A DNA stretch of 64,000 nt from Octopus sinensis (Eukaryota), in NCBI RefSeq assembly GCF_006345805.1, contig NC_042998.1, positions 51,956,001 to 52,020,000 of the forward strand, read 5' to 3'. Shown here one piece after another: positions 12,181 to 24,463 of this stretch; the first letter of the stretch is position 1, and each line of letters starts with the position of its first letter. The notes beneath the pieces are model-generated. The model saw nothing but the letters and a program-made list of their open reading frames with translations. It made no database searches and was not told where the DNA came from. The translations under genes were made by a program, and so were the position numbers.

Positions 12181-12404
12181 GTGAGCTGGCAGAAACGTTA
12201 GCGTGCTGGGCGAAATGCTTAGTGGTATTTCGTCTGTCGTTATGTTCTGAGTTCAAATTCCACCGAGGTTGACTTTGCCTTTCATCCTTTCGGGGTCGAT
12301 AAAGTACCAGTTTCACACTGGGGTCGATGTAATCAACTTAATCCTTTTGTCTGTTCTTGTTTGTCCCCTCTGTGTTTAGTCCCTTGTGGGCAGTAAAGAA
12401 ATAT
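12181..12404 (+). mobile_element. tRNA-derived SINE family B
   Basis: gagctggcagaaacgttagc (A-box-like), gagttcaaattcc (B-box-like), body gactttgcctttcatcctttcggggtcgat, and 3' cccttgtgggcagtaaagaaata. Confidence 0.85.
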
Positions 12405-12915
12405 ATCTTGGTTCTTTATCATCTCCTCCATAATGTTCAGTGTTCTGAGATCATCGTTCCATACTTCTTCTCATATCTTCCTGGGTTTCCTTCTTCCATG
12501 AATTCCATCCACTTTGAGTGATTGGCACTTCTTTTACAGAGCTGTCAACATCCATCTGCATTGCATAACCAAACCAGCGCAATCTTCTCTCCTGCACACT
12601 GAATCTAAATCCTCTTACACCTAACTTTTCTCTCAGCGCACGAACACTCTATCACATGTTATACCCTTATATTGCACATCCTGGGAAGCATACTAGCTCA
12701 TTCCTCTTTAGCCTTCATATGTCCTCTGCATTCAGGGCCCATGTCTCACTACCATGTAGAATTATTTGTACTTCATTTTTTTCTTTTTAGCATGTGTGAT
12801 CTTGGTGTGTCTCTGTACTGGCTTACATACTCTTATGCCACATGTCACATATCCTCCCACTGCAGCTCATTGCAATTTTTTTCCCAGCATGTGGTAGCCA
12901 CTTGTATTAGGTAGC
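12405..12915 (-). mobile_element. Degenerate RTE LINE ORF fragment
   Basis: Minus strand retains GSETWAL and remnants of RLRWFG..RM and GRPRK.W across frameshifts. Confidence 0.6.
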
Positions 12916-13646
12916 CATACCAGTGGACCTACCCCTGCAGCATACATCAGCTAATGCATCGAATGCAAAACTGTTTTCTCAACAAATCTTGGTTTTATAG
13001 TAAATTAACACTAATCTGCTTTCTCCCACTTTCTCTGTTTCTGTCTGTCTGTCTGTCTGTTTATCTCTCTCTCCCACCCCTCGCTCTCTCTCCCTCTACT
13101 AACACACATATTTGTATTAGTGAAGTGTATATTACATACATATATGCATTTGTGTGTGTGTAAATATACATATGTATGTATATTCAAGAAATATATATGT
13201 AATATTTATATTTATACGTATAATTTTGTATTAATATATATATATGCATGTGTATGTGTATGTATATATTTACATATATACATATATACATACATGTATA
13301 TACACACACACATATATATATATATACATACATGTATACGTGTGTGTGTATGTGTGTGTGTATGACACACTTAGTACTTTAACCTCAAAATGCCATCGCT
13401 AATTCAGAAACATACTATTAAAGTGTCAAATTACAGATTTCTGATGATATGCACAATAATGTTTATCTTTTCTTTCTTTCCATATTCTTAAACCAAACAT
13501 GTTTCTTTTTTTTTTATTTGTTTTTGTTTTTGTATATATATATTTTTTCCAAATTATAGTCAAGGATTGTAAACCAGACAGAAGGGATAAAAAGTAAAAA
13601 TATTTAAATTTAAATCTTATTTATTCATTGCATTTTTCTGGATGTT

Positions 13647-13681
13647 ATCATCATAATCATCATCATCATCATCATCATCAT

Positions 13682-13713
<32 letters not shown>

Positions 13714-13864
13714 TACTACTACTACTACACTACTACTACTACTACCACCACGACCACCACGACCACCACGACCACCACGACCACTACCACCACCACCACC
13801 ACCACCACCACTACTACTACTAACTACTACTACTACTACTACTACTACTATTATTATTATTATT
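13647..13864. repeat. Compound trinucleotide microsatellite (CAT)-(TAC)-(CCACGA/CAC)-(TAC)-(TAT)
   Basis: Direct inspection. Confidence 0.95.
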
Positions 13865-14418
13865 GAGTGAGAGAGCAGTGCATGCCATCAATATGACACT
13901 GGGGTAAAATATACAAAGCCCAGTATACCCATCATGACTACCCATCTGATAAGGGTACACTAGGCACATGCATCACAACCGTATGTGCACGACATGGTGA
14001 TCTCATATCAAGATAAACAGTACATGACCTTGCAGGTGGGGCCCAGTTAGAATTTTCTTCTGGTCGAGTAACCCATCCCACTAAAAAGGTCCCTGAATAA
14101 GGGTTGTTTAAGAATGTTGAACAAAACACTCATGTTTCCAAAGGTGAATTATCCAAACCTCTAAGAATTCCTTTCAACACATGGCTATGATGCTTCTCCA
14201 CTGCTTCTGCTTGTGATCAGAGATGCACATATCATCAGCCACTAAGAGACATGCTCAACTGGTTATGGTCAAACAACTGACAAGCAAATCTGTGGTATTG
14301 AACAGAATATTTGCTGTAGCCCATCTTTTATACCATATCAAAACAATTACATGATAACACTTCCAATCAGTTAAGATCAGAAGCCACGAGAGCCACTGCC
14401 TGGTACTACATAAGGGCA
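13865..14418 (-). mobile_element. Unassigned ~550-bp interspersed repeat (family E), (AAT)n-tailed on minus strand
   Basis: Collinear with 27507-28048 and has the same minus-strand 5' boundary (tgccct.atg.agtaccaggcagtggc). The orientation is inferred from the tail. Confidence 0.7.
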
Positions 14419-14453
14419 TATGGTAGCAGAGCGTATTATTATTATTATCATTA

Positions 14454-14490
<37 letters not shown>

Positions 14491-14534
14491 CATTCAGTAG
14501 TTTTATTTTTATATCGTGCTTTCACTTCACTACC

Positions 14535-14761
14535 TATTTCTTTACTACCCACCAGGGGCTAAACACAGATGGGACAAACAAGGACAGACAAACGGATTAA
14601 GTCGATTACATCAACCCCAGTGCATAACTGGTACTTTATTTTTCGACCCCGAAAGGATGAAAGGCAAAGTCGACCTTGGCGGAATTTGAACTCAGAACGT
14701 AACGGCAGACGAAATACGGCTACGCATTTCGCCCAGCGTGCTAACGTTTATGCCAGCTCAC
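14535..14761 (-). mobile_element. SINE B inserted in 3' UTR of Dong A
   Basis: 10-bp TSD CTTCACTACC at 14525-14534 and 14762-14771. Confidence 0.9.
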
Positions 14762-15650
14762 CTTCACTACCGAGCGCAGCTCTGTGTGCCTTGGGTATGT
14801 GCTGTGATTTGTTGTGATGCTCTGATGGTTATTGTATGGAAAGTGTCCTGCGTAGGATGTGTGCAGTGCCTAGTAGTGCAATTTTCTGTATGTTATATGT
14901 GTTTGTAAGTCCTGGTGTTTTTGTTATGTATTTTTTTATCATGTCTAATGCACCTACTATGATAGGAATTGTTTCTGTTTTTAGATTCCACATTCTGGTT
15001 ACCTCTATTTCCAGGTCTTTGTATTTTGAAAGTTTCTCCATTTCTTTTAGAGACACGTTGTCATCTGCCGGTATTGATACATCAATTAGAAAGCATTTTT
15101 TTTCTTCATGATCTCTGACAACTATATCTGGTCTGTTGGCTTTAATTTCTCTATCTGTGTGTAACGGCATATCACAGAGTATGGTTGCTTTCTCGTTTTC
15201 TGTGACCTTTTCTGGTGTGTGCCTATACCATCTTTTTTCTGTTGTGATTCCATAATGTTGGCATAGCTTCCAGTGTATGTAGGTTCCAACTCTGTCATGT
15301 CTGTGAATATATTCCTTCTTAATCAGGACTGAGCAGCCAGAGATAATATGATTTATTAATTCTTGTCCATCTCCACATATTCTGCAGTTACTTGTAATAT
15401 TTCTTTTCATTACATGTTTTTGGTAATTTCTGGTGGGGAGGCTTTGGTCTTGTGCTGCAATTAAAAATCCCTCTGTCTCTGCTTTGAGTCCTGAGCTTCT
15501 CAACCATTGCTGGGATTTTTCTTTGTCTATTTCTTTTACGTTTAGTTTAGTCCAGTATTTACCATGAAGGGGCTTTTCTTGCCATCGTTTTATCATGGTT
15601 CGTTGCTGTTCTATTTTTAGTTTGGATTTCATTTGTTTTATAGCTTTTGT

Positions 15651-15788
15651 TTCTTCTTCTTCTTCTTCTTCTTCTTCTTCTTCTTCTTCTTCTTCTTCTT
15701 CTTCTTCTTCTTCTTCTTCTTCTTCTTCTTCTTCTTCTTCTTCTTCTTCTTCTTCTTCTTCTTCTTCTTCTCCTTCTTCTTCTTCTTC
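15651..15788 (-). repeat. (GAA)5-GGA-(GAA)40 tract, in-frame poly-Glu within Dong A ORF
   Basis: Counted from sequence; same frame as ORFs 15999-16397 and 14829-15632. Confidence 0.95.
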
Positions 15789-16682
15789 ATATTTATTAAG
15801 TGGTATGATTTCTTGTTTGTATTTGTCAGCTTCCTTAAATACTGAGAACAGTTTTTTGTTTTGCTCGTGTTTTGCCTCTATTTGTATCAGTTTTCCTTCC
15901 TTCTGAAGTAGATATTTTTGCAGTCCTCTGGTGTTTATTTTATTGTAGTTTTCCAGCTGTATAAGGCCTCTGCCACCTTCTATACGTTGTATATATAGTC
16001 ATTCTATGTCAGATTTTGGGTGATGCATCCTAGATCCTGTCATTATTTTTCTTGTTTTCCTATCTATTTTGGTCAGTTCATTTAGTGTCCAGTTAAGGAT
16101 ATTGTAGCTGTAACTTATAACTGGGACAGCTAAAGTGTTAATACCTATTATCTTGTTTTTAGCATTGAGCTCTGTTTTTAGTATTGATCTAACTCGTCTA
16201 TAATATTCTTTTTTTATTTTCTCTTTCCTTTGTGTGTGTTGTGTCTTATCTAGTTCATGGATTCCTAAGTATTTGTAAGTTTGTCTTTGGTCTAATTCTT
16301 TTATTTCACTGGTTTTATCTAGTGTGATGTTGCTTCTCTTAACTAGTTTTCCTCTTTTCATGGTTACTTTGGCGCATTTTTCTAATCCAAATTTCATATC
16401 TATTTCTTTGGCTTTGGTCTAATTCTTTTATTTCATTGGTTTTATCTAGTGTGATGTTGCTACTCTTAACTAGTTTTCTTCTTTTCAGGGTTACTTTGGC
16501 ACATTTTTCTAATCCAATTTCATATCTATTTCTTTGGTAAATCCATGAACTCTCTTTAATAGTGTTTCCAGCTGCTTGTCATTTGCAGCGTATAGTTTTA
16601 GGTCATCCATATATAAAAGGTGGCTGATCGTTTTGCCGTAACATTTATATCCGCATCCAATTTATTATTATTATTATTATTA

Positions 16683-18181
16683 CTTTTTTTTTCTTCTTTC
16701 AAATTTTCTTCCATTTCTTGCCGAGTGTCTTCCCGACTCCTAGGGCAAAGAAACTCATAGTGTATATTGGTAGGCCATTAAACCAAACTCAGTAGTTCGT
16801 TCATTTTTTTTTTTTTTTTTTTTTTTTAAGTTAAATTAAAATACATGAGCAGCAACAGTTCTCACATCGACAATGCTCTTCTCAATACGTGTGATGTACC
16901 AGTTAAGACAATCTTTTGCACTTCTTGCAGGGATGGTAAGCCAGGGATCATTCTCATATAATTTTCGGTTCCCTTCTTGATCATTCCTAGTGCTCCTACG
17001 ATCACTGGTATTGTAACCGCCTTGAGATGCCACATTTTCTCAATTTCAATGAGTAGGTCTTTATATTTTCTGAGCTTGTCAAACTCTTTCGCTGAGATAT
17101 TATGATCACAGGGGATGCTCATGTCGATCAATAAGCAAACTTTATTGTTTTGGTCTTTCACAACAATATCTGGTTTATTGGCCTTGATGGTTCGGTCTGT
17201 ATGTACTGGAAAGTCCCACAGAATGGTTACATTTTCTCCTTCAGTTACAGCCTCAGGGTGGTGATTATACCACTTGTCGGCAGTTTTGATATTGTAATGC
17301 CGACTTATTAGCCAGTGGAGATATTGGCCAACTCTGTCATGTCTTAATTTATACTCCACTGGTGCTAAAACTTTACATCCAGAGATTAGGTGGTCCACTG
17401 TTTCAATCATGTCGTTGCAGAATCGGCATTTTGGGTCTGCTCCATTTTTCATCACATTGGCCTGGCAGTTCCGGGTTAATAGGCTTTGGTCTTGAGCAGC
17501 CAGGATGAAACCTTCGCTCTCTGCTTTTAGCCCTGAGCTCCGCAGCCACTGATGGGTTTGCTTCTGGTCAACATCAGCTTGTTTGCTGCGGGTCACATAT
17601 TTGCTGTGCAGAAGTTTCTCCCCCCACCTATCAGCCAATTGCTCGTGCGCTTTTTCCATTGCCATCATTTTCACCTTCTTTGCAACAATAGTTGCCGTAC
17701 TTCCCTCGGGTTGTTCAGTTTGGGTATCCTGCACGAGATCAATAGCAAATTTTTTGCTTTCCTTGATGATAGAATGAAGCTTCTTTCGTCTCTCGTGATT
17801 TTCCACGAGCTTTAGCATCCAGTCATTCGATATTTCGAGATATTTGGCCAGTCCAATTGTGGTTGTTTTGTAAGCTAGTTCAAATTGGATCAGGCCTCGA
17901 CCTCCTTGGGCTCTGGGAAGGTAAAGGCGATCTACGTCTGCCTTTGGGTGGTGCATCCTATTACAACTCAGCAGCTTGCGTATTTTTCTATCTATATTCT
18001 TTACTTCACTCATATTCCAGTTCAACACATTGTAGCTATAAGTAACAACTGGAACTGCTAAGGAATTTATAGCTAACACCTTGTTACGTGCATTTAGTTC
18101 AGATTTCAGGACTGCACGAACTCTCCTATAACATTCCTTCCTGATTTTCTCTTTCATGCTTGCATGCTGAATACCAGAGCC

Positions 18182-18182
<1 letters not shown>
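16683..18182 (-). mobile_element. R4/Dong-type element B, 5'-truncated, open frame
   Basis: ORF 16862-18157 (431 aa) is uninterrupted: GGRGL, CRFC..DHLISGC, RHD, KPDIVV..LIDM, KYKDL. The 3' UTR has an internal poly(A). Flanked by (TAA)n. Confidence 0.93.
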
Positions 18183-18218
<36 letters not shown>

Positions 18219-18255
18219 CATCATCATCATCATCATCATCATTATTATTATTATT

Positions 18256-21200
18256 CTATGTTTGACTTTTGCTTTATGTCTGTACAAGTTGGCTCCAAGT
18301 CTCACCCAGAGACCTCAAGAGACAACAGGTTGGAAGTTCACATTGTTGTTATGCCTAGTGTGCCATATATTTGGGTTTTTTTTTGGTGTTGTACTAGTGA
18401 ATGTTTAATACATAAATTAAAAAGAAAAAAGTTTGTTTTAAACCTTGGGATTACATAGAGAGTATTTTGCGTAGGATGAGGATCAGAATCGAAATCGATC
18501 AATGGAAATTGCAGATGTGTTACCAGTGCCGGTGGCATGTAAGAGAACTTTCCGTTTCGCGACCGTTGCCAGCACCGCCCCGTTTCGTGTCCATTGCCAG
18601 CCTCGCCTGGCCCTCGTGCCGGTGGCACATAAAAAGCACCATCCATTCGTGGCCGTTTGCCAGCTCTGTCTGGCACCAGTGCGGGTGGCACGTAAAAAGC
18701 ACCCACTACACTCACGGAATGGTTGGCGTTAGGAAGGGCATCCAGCCGTAGAAACACTGCCAGATTTGACTGGGCCTGATGAAGCCTTCTGGCTTCACAG
18801 ACCCCAGTAGAACCGTCCAACCCATGCTAGCATGGAAAATGGACGCTAAACGATGATGATGATGATGATGATGATGATGAGCAGTTCCCATGAGCACTAT
18901 CTTTTGAATTTCTGCCATTTTGGGGTTTCCTGGTATCTGAGTTAGGTAGCAATCAGCTCCTTTCACTATCATTCCCAGGGCACCTATGACAACAGGTATT
19001 GTTTTAGTCTTCAGGTTCCACATTTTGCTGATTTCTATTTCAAGATCTTTATATTTGCTCAGTTTTCATCACATTGGCCTGGCAGTTCCGGGTTAATAGG
19101 CTTTGACAGATACGTTTATATCGATTGGGACAGTCATATCAATGAGGGGGCATGTTCTTTGTCTGAAGTCTTTCAATATGATGTCTGGCCTATTTGCATC
19201 TATCTTTCTGTCAGCTTGAATGGTGAAGTTCCAGAGGAGTGAGATGTGGTCATTTTCAAGCACTGGAGGTGGATTTTGTTCCCACCAGTTTTTTTCATGG
19301 GGCAAATCCAGGTTTTTGCAAATTACCCAGTGAATATATTGTGCAGCTCTATTATGCCTGTTGAGGTACTCTGTAGGCGCTAGAAGACTGCATTTGGAGA
19401 CAACATGGTCAATGGTTTCATTTTGTTGTCGGCATACACGACATGTTGGGCTACTGCCGTTCTTTAATATGTTGGCCTGGTAGTTTCTTGTTGGTAGGCA
19501 TTGATCTTGAGCTGCTATTGATGGGTCAGGGTTTTATCAATATCTGCATTATTTGCTCTCTTTGGGTATTTGCCATAGAGAGGTTTTTCTTGCCATTTAT
19601 TATTCAGAATATCTAAGGCCGCAGTTTTGGCACGGGTTTTCATGTGCCTAGCTTTTTCTGTGCTTGTTTCTTGTATGTCTATCTCTAATTCTGAAATTTG
19701 TTGTATTCGGAATTCACTTACATATTCCTTTGCCTGTTTTGTTACTGAGTATGATGCTTTCTTGTTTTCATGTTTTGAGACAAGTTTTAACATCCAGTCC
19801 TCAGACGTTTTCAGGTAGATGTCTAGGCCAATTGTAGCAATTTTCATTGTTATTGCCAGTTGCAAAAGACCACGGCCTCCCTCTTTTCTTGGCAGATAGA
19901 GTCGTTCTGTATCTGCCTTAGGGTGGTGCATTCTATGCATTGTCAACAGTTTTCTTATTTTTCTGTCGAGCTGACATATTTCAGCAATTGACCAGTTAAC
20001 GATATTGAAACTGTAAGTCACTACTGGTATGGCTAATGCATTGATCGCTTAGTTCTGTTTCTTGCATTCAGCTCTGTCTTGAGTATTGCTCTCACTCTTC
20101 GATAGCATTTTCTCCCGATCCTTTCCTTCATCTCTGAATGCCTTATTCCGTTCCCTTCAATTACCCCTAGGTACTTGTAGCTCTCCACTGGGTCTAGTTC
20201 TTTTATGACATTCTGCTGGTCAAGGTTAACATTAGATGTTTCTGTCATTTTTCCTTTGATAAAGGTAGCTTTTGCACATTTATCGAGGCCGAATTGCATT
20301 CTGATGTCGTCACTGAATTGTTTGACTATCACTAGTAAGCCCTTGAGTTGTTGGTCATTTTTTGCAAAAAGCTTTAAATCATCCATGTAAATGAGATGAT
20401 TTATATTTTTATCAAACATTTTATACTCGTACTGTGCATCATTGAGCAGTTTTGAGAGAGGTATTAAGGCTAAACAAAAGAGGAGTGGTGACAGTGAGTC
20501 ACCCTGGAAAATGCCACACAAAATTTTTACATCACCAGCATTTAGGGATTCATTGTCACTGTTCAGAGTTAGTGTGGTTCTCCATGATCTCATACTTACA
20601 GTCAAAAAGTTTCGCAGAGTAGGTGCTATCTTATACATTTCCAGGCATTTCCTAATCCAGCTATGTGGTAGGCTATCAAAAGCCTTTTTATAGTCTATCC
20701 AGGCTATTGATAAGTTTTTGTATCGTTTGTGACAATCTTCTAAGATCATCTTATTGATGAGTAGTTGATCTTTACAGCCATAGGATCCACGTTTACATCC
20801 TTTCTGTTCATTAGGGAATATGTTGCTGTCTGTTAAAAAACTATAAGTATATTCCGTCAGGACAGATGTTAGCGTTTTGTACATAGTTGTTAAGCAGGTT
20901 ATGGGTCTATAGTTTTTTGGTTCATTTGTTTCTTCACTTTTTGGAAGCAGGAATGTTAACCCATTAACTAGCCAAAGAGGCATCCTACTAGGGTGTTGCA
21001 AAACATCATTGTACAGTTCTGTTAGCAGTTCATGGCTCTCTGGGAAGGCATTCAGCCAGAAGTTAGGAATTTTATCCTTTCCTGGAGACTTCCATTTGCT
21101 TGACCTCCTGAGAGCAGATCTTATATCTTCTACCTTGACACCCTCCCACTTTTGCTCTTCTAAGGGGTCCAGTTCTGTAGATATTTTGTCAATCCAGGGG

Positions 21201-22470
21201 GCCTTTTCGTTGTGTGTTTTTTCTTCTGCCCAATTTTATTCCAAAATCCCTGCACTTCTTCTTTTGATGGTACAGACCTTGCAGTAAACGCTGTTTTTCC
21301 TATCTTCCTGTAAAAATTCTTGGGGTTATTTTTGAACATGTTGTTGTCCTTGAAAAATCTAACACACTTTTCATACCTCGCTATGCGGGCAGCTTTGGCA
21401 GATACCTTTTGTTTGATGGTTTCTATGGTGGCATCAATATCAAGTATAGTTTTCATATTGTATTTTTTCAGCAATTTTTGGGTTTTTGTAGGTTTGGTAG
21501 TCTTGTGAACCTTAAGGTTTTTCAAATATTCAATGTCAGATCTAAATAGTTTAATTTGTTGTTGCAGACACTCTTGCCAAGAAGGCTTTTTGTGGAAATG
21601 TTGCCGTTTTCTAATCTTTACACCACATAGGATCGTTGAGATTTTCACGGATGCATAGTATAGGTGGTTGAGATTTGTGATATCAACATCATTAGCTGAA
21701 ATTATATCCTTAAGTGCAAGCCAGATTTTACCAATTATTTTCATGTTTTGGTTAGAGTTGCGGATTTTAAGGAGTGTATCACGTTCATCCATGCTGGTTT
21801 CTTTAATTTTCCGTCATTCAATCATGATTTGATTTTTTAGCTCATGTAGTTCTGTTGGGTCAATATTTGTGTGACTTTCTTTATCTATTTGATGTTCATC
21901 TGTCTTAGTGTTTATGATTGGTTCAGGGAGTATTTCACTTTGCCTATCACTTATACTAACTCTTTCAATCCTTACTTCGTTTTTATCAGCCCTGGGCTGG
22001 TCTATAATTATTTCCTCTGTATTATCTTCTTAAGTTGCAGCTTCGTTCATTCTATCCGTTACTGCTTGTCTAACTTGATCAATCTCTACTTCAGTCAGTA
22101 ATTTTTTTTTTATAATGTTTCTTCTGACATTGGCAAGTTTGTTACTGTCTATGTAGGGTCTTATTTCAGGGTGTTTCTGTCTCCAGTTTAAGTATGTTTG
22201 TACAGTGTTAGATTTATCTGTGGGGAAATATATGGCATGGTAGAAGGCCTCAAGAACTTCTTTATTATCTTCCCTAGACCATTTTTCCTTCTTTTTCTTT
22301 TGATTATTTGATGACGAGCATGGATGGCCATCTGTTGGAATATTCCAGTTGTAGGGTGCGTCCAGCTCCTGTGTGTTGGGAAGATTTGATCCAGTAGCTG
22401 ATTTTTCAATCAGAATTTGGTTCAATTTTCGGGTATGCGGTTTATTGTTCGATTTGTTCAATTTGTTGAC
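18256..22470 (-). mobile_element. R4/Dong-type element C, near full length, frameshifted
   Basis: ORF pieces 22030-22461, 21160-21792, 20033-21001 (NYRPITCL, WIDYKKAFDS, GIFQGDSLSPLLF, YMDDLKL, YKYLG), 19515-20021, 19093-19305 (RPDIIL..IDM) and 18712-19023, with stop ILRKILSM* near 18452. Flanked by (TAA)n. Confidence 0.93.
18481..18875 (+). mobile_element. Family A RTE 3' UTR inserted in Dong C
   Basis: Interrupts GTAH|ILRKILSM. (ATG)n tail and a short probable TSD GATGAG (18475-18480 / 18876-18881). Confidence 0.85.
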
Positions 22471-22494
22471 ATTATTATTATTATTATTATTATA

Positions 22495-22548
<54 letters not shown>

Positions 22549-22563
22549 ATTATTATTATTAAT

Positions 22564-22595
<32 letters not shown>

Positions 22596-23104
22596 TATTA
22601 TTATTATTATTATTATAGATTACCAGCGGAAAGAAGTGTTTTTAATGCTTCTGGATTTTACTTTCATTTGTCATTCATGCGGTGTAGCTTCCATTTATGC
22701 TTTTACTCACAACTAATATATTTTGATATTGTAGACATGAGTGTGTATTTAATCTTATGTGTTTTCTCTCATACTTGAGAATGGAATATATTTCTTTGTA
22801 TTGGCTATATTGCAGTTTTAGGAAATTTTTACTCTGAGGGAGAGATATTAAAAAAGATAGCAAAACGTATCTTCTTTGGTGGTTGTAGCTGGAAGTCGAT
22901 CCCACCAAATTGTTGGTAACCTGGAGGAATATAAATAAAATTCCCCTTCCATTAACCTTAGAATAAATATAGACTCTAGTAGTGAATTAACAGGAGTAGA
23001 GTGAAGGACAAAAATCTATTGTGTTTATATATGTCTTTTATGTTCTGAGTTCAAATCCGCCCAAGGCTGATTTTGTCTTTTATTTTTCCAAAGTCATATA
23101 AATT

Positions 23105-23354
23105 AAGTATTGCTTGTTTCAGTCAATTGACTGTGGCCATGCTGGGGCACCATCTTGAAGGGTTTTAGTTGGACTAATTGACCACAGGACCTTTTTGTTC
23201 TTAAGCCTGCTACTTATTCTATTGGTGTCTTTTGCAAAACATTAAGTAATGGGGATGCAAACAAACCAAGACTGGTTGGTCAAATAGTAGCGGGGGACAA
23301 ACACAGACACAACGATGCACACATAGATACATACACACGCATACATGGGGGCAT

Positions 23355-23397
<43 letters not shown>

Positions 23398-23545
23398 ACA
23401 AGTTTCTTTCAGTTTTTGTCTACCAAATTCATTCACAGGGCTTTGGTCAGCTTGAGGTTATAGTAGAAGACACTTGCCCAAAGTGCCACACAGTGGGACT
23501 GAACTTGGAACCATGTGGTTGGGAACCAAACTTCTTACCACACAC
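23105..23545 (-). mobile_element. tRNA-derived SINE family C with central (CA)n
   Basis: Matches 61216-61618 in reverse. Confidence 0.75.
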
Positions 23546-23973
23546 CCAAATCCTTGATTTCTTTCAGTCGTTGGATTGTGGCTCTGCTGGGGCACTATCT
23601 TGAAGGGTTTCAGTTAAAAAAATTGATTCCAGTACTCATCTTTAAATGTTGTAAGTATTCTGCTGGTCTCTTTTGCTGAACTGCTAAGTTATGGAGATGT
23701 TCTAGTTGGTGAGCTGGTAGAATTGCTAGCATGCCAGACACACCGTTGAGTTCAAATTCCACCAAGGTCAACTTTGTCTTTCATCCTTTTGAGGTTGATA
23801 AAATAAGTACCAGTTAAGCACTAGGGTCAATGTAAACAAACCAACAGTAGTTGTCAAGTGGTGTTGGGTGGGGGAATACAAACACAAAGGCACACACACA
23901 CACATCACATACATATGCACACATACATATGTGTGTATGTGTATGTGTGTGTGAGTGTGTATTATATACATAT

Positions 23974-24420
23974 CATCATCATCATCATCATCATTTAGCG
24001 TCCGTTCTCCATGCTAGCATTGGTTGGACGGTTTAACTGGGGTCTGTGAAGCTGGAAGGCTTCATCAGGCCCAGTCAGATCTGGCAGTGTTTCTACGGCT
24101 GGATGTCCTTCCTAACGCCAACCACTCCGTGAGTGTAGTGGGTGCTTTTTACATGCCACCTGCACAGGTGCCAGACAGAGCTAGCAAATGGCCACGAACG
24201 GATGGTGCTTTTACGTGTCACCGGCACGGGGCCAGGCGAGGCTGGTAACGGACACGAACGGATGGTGCTTTTACGTGCCACCAACACGGGAGCCAGACAG
24301 AGCTAGCAAACGGCCACGAACGGATGGTGCTTTTATGTGTCACCGGCACGGGGGCCAGGCGAGGCTGGCAACGGGCACGAACGGATGGTGCTTTTACGTA
24401 TCACCGGCACGGGGGCCAGC
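23974..24420 (-). mobile_element. Family A RTE 3' UTR with ABAB ~61-bp tandem array
   Basis: Units alternate gccagacagagctagc and gccaggcgaggctgg, each with gaacggatggtgctttt. Confidence 0.85.
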
Positions 24421-24463
24421 ATATATATTATTATATATCTATAAATATATATATATATATATA

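Larger units (their letters stand above)
14491..16660 (-). mobile_element. R4/Dong-type REL non-LTR retrotransposon A, 5'-truncated
   Basis: SHLLYMDDLKL (about 16600), FGLEKC, YKYLG, GGRGL, CCHC knuckle CRICG..NHIISGC, RHD, NRPDIVV..LIDV, KYKDL. Flanked by (TAA)n on both sides. One TGA at 15999-16001. Confidence 0.92.

Noticed and set aside
24170-24415. CRISPR-like look of the ~61-bp arrays (also 45.6 and 54.0 kb)
   Set aside because: There are no unique spacers. The units are a VNTR within a LINE 3' UTR in eukaryotic DNA, with no cas genes.
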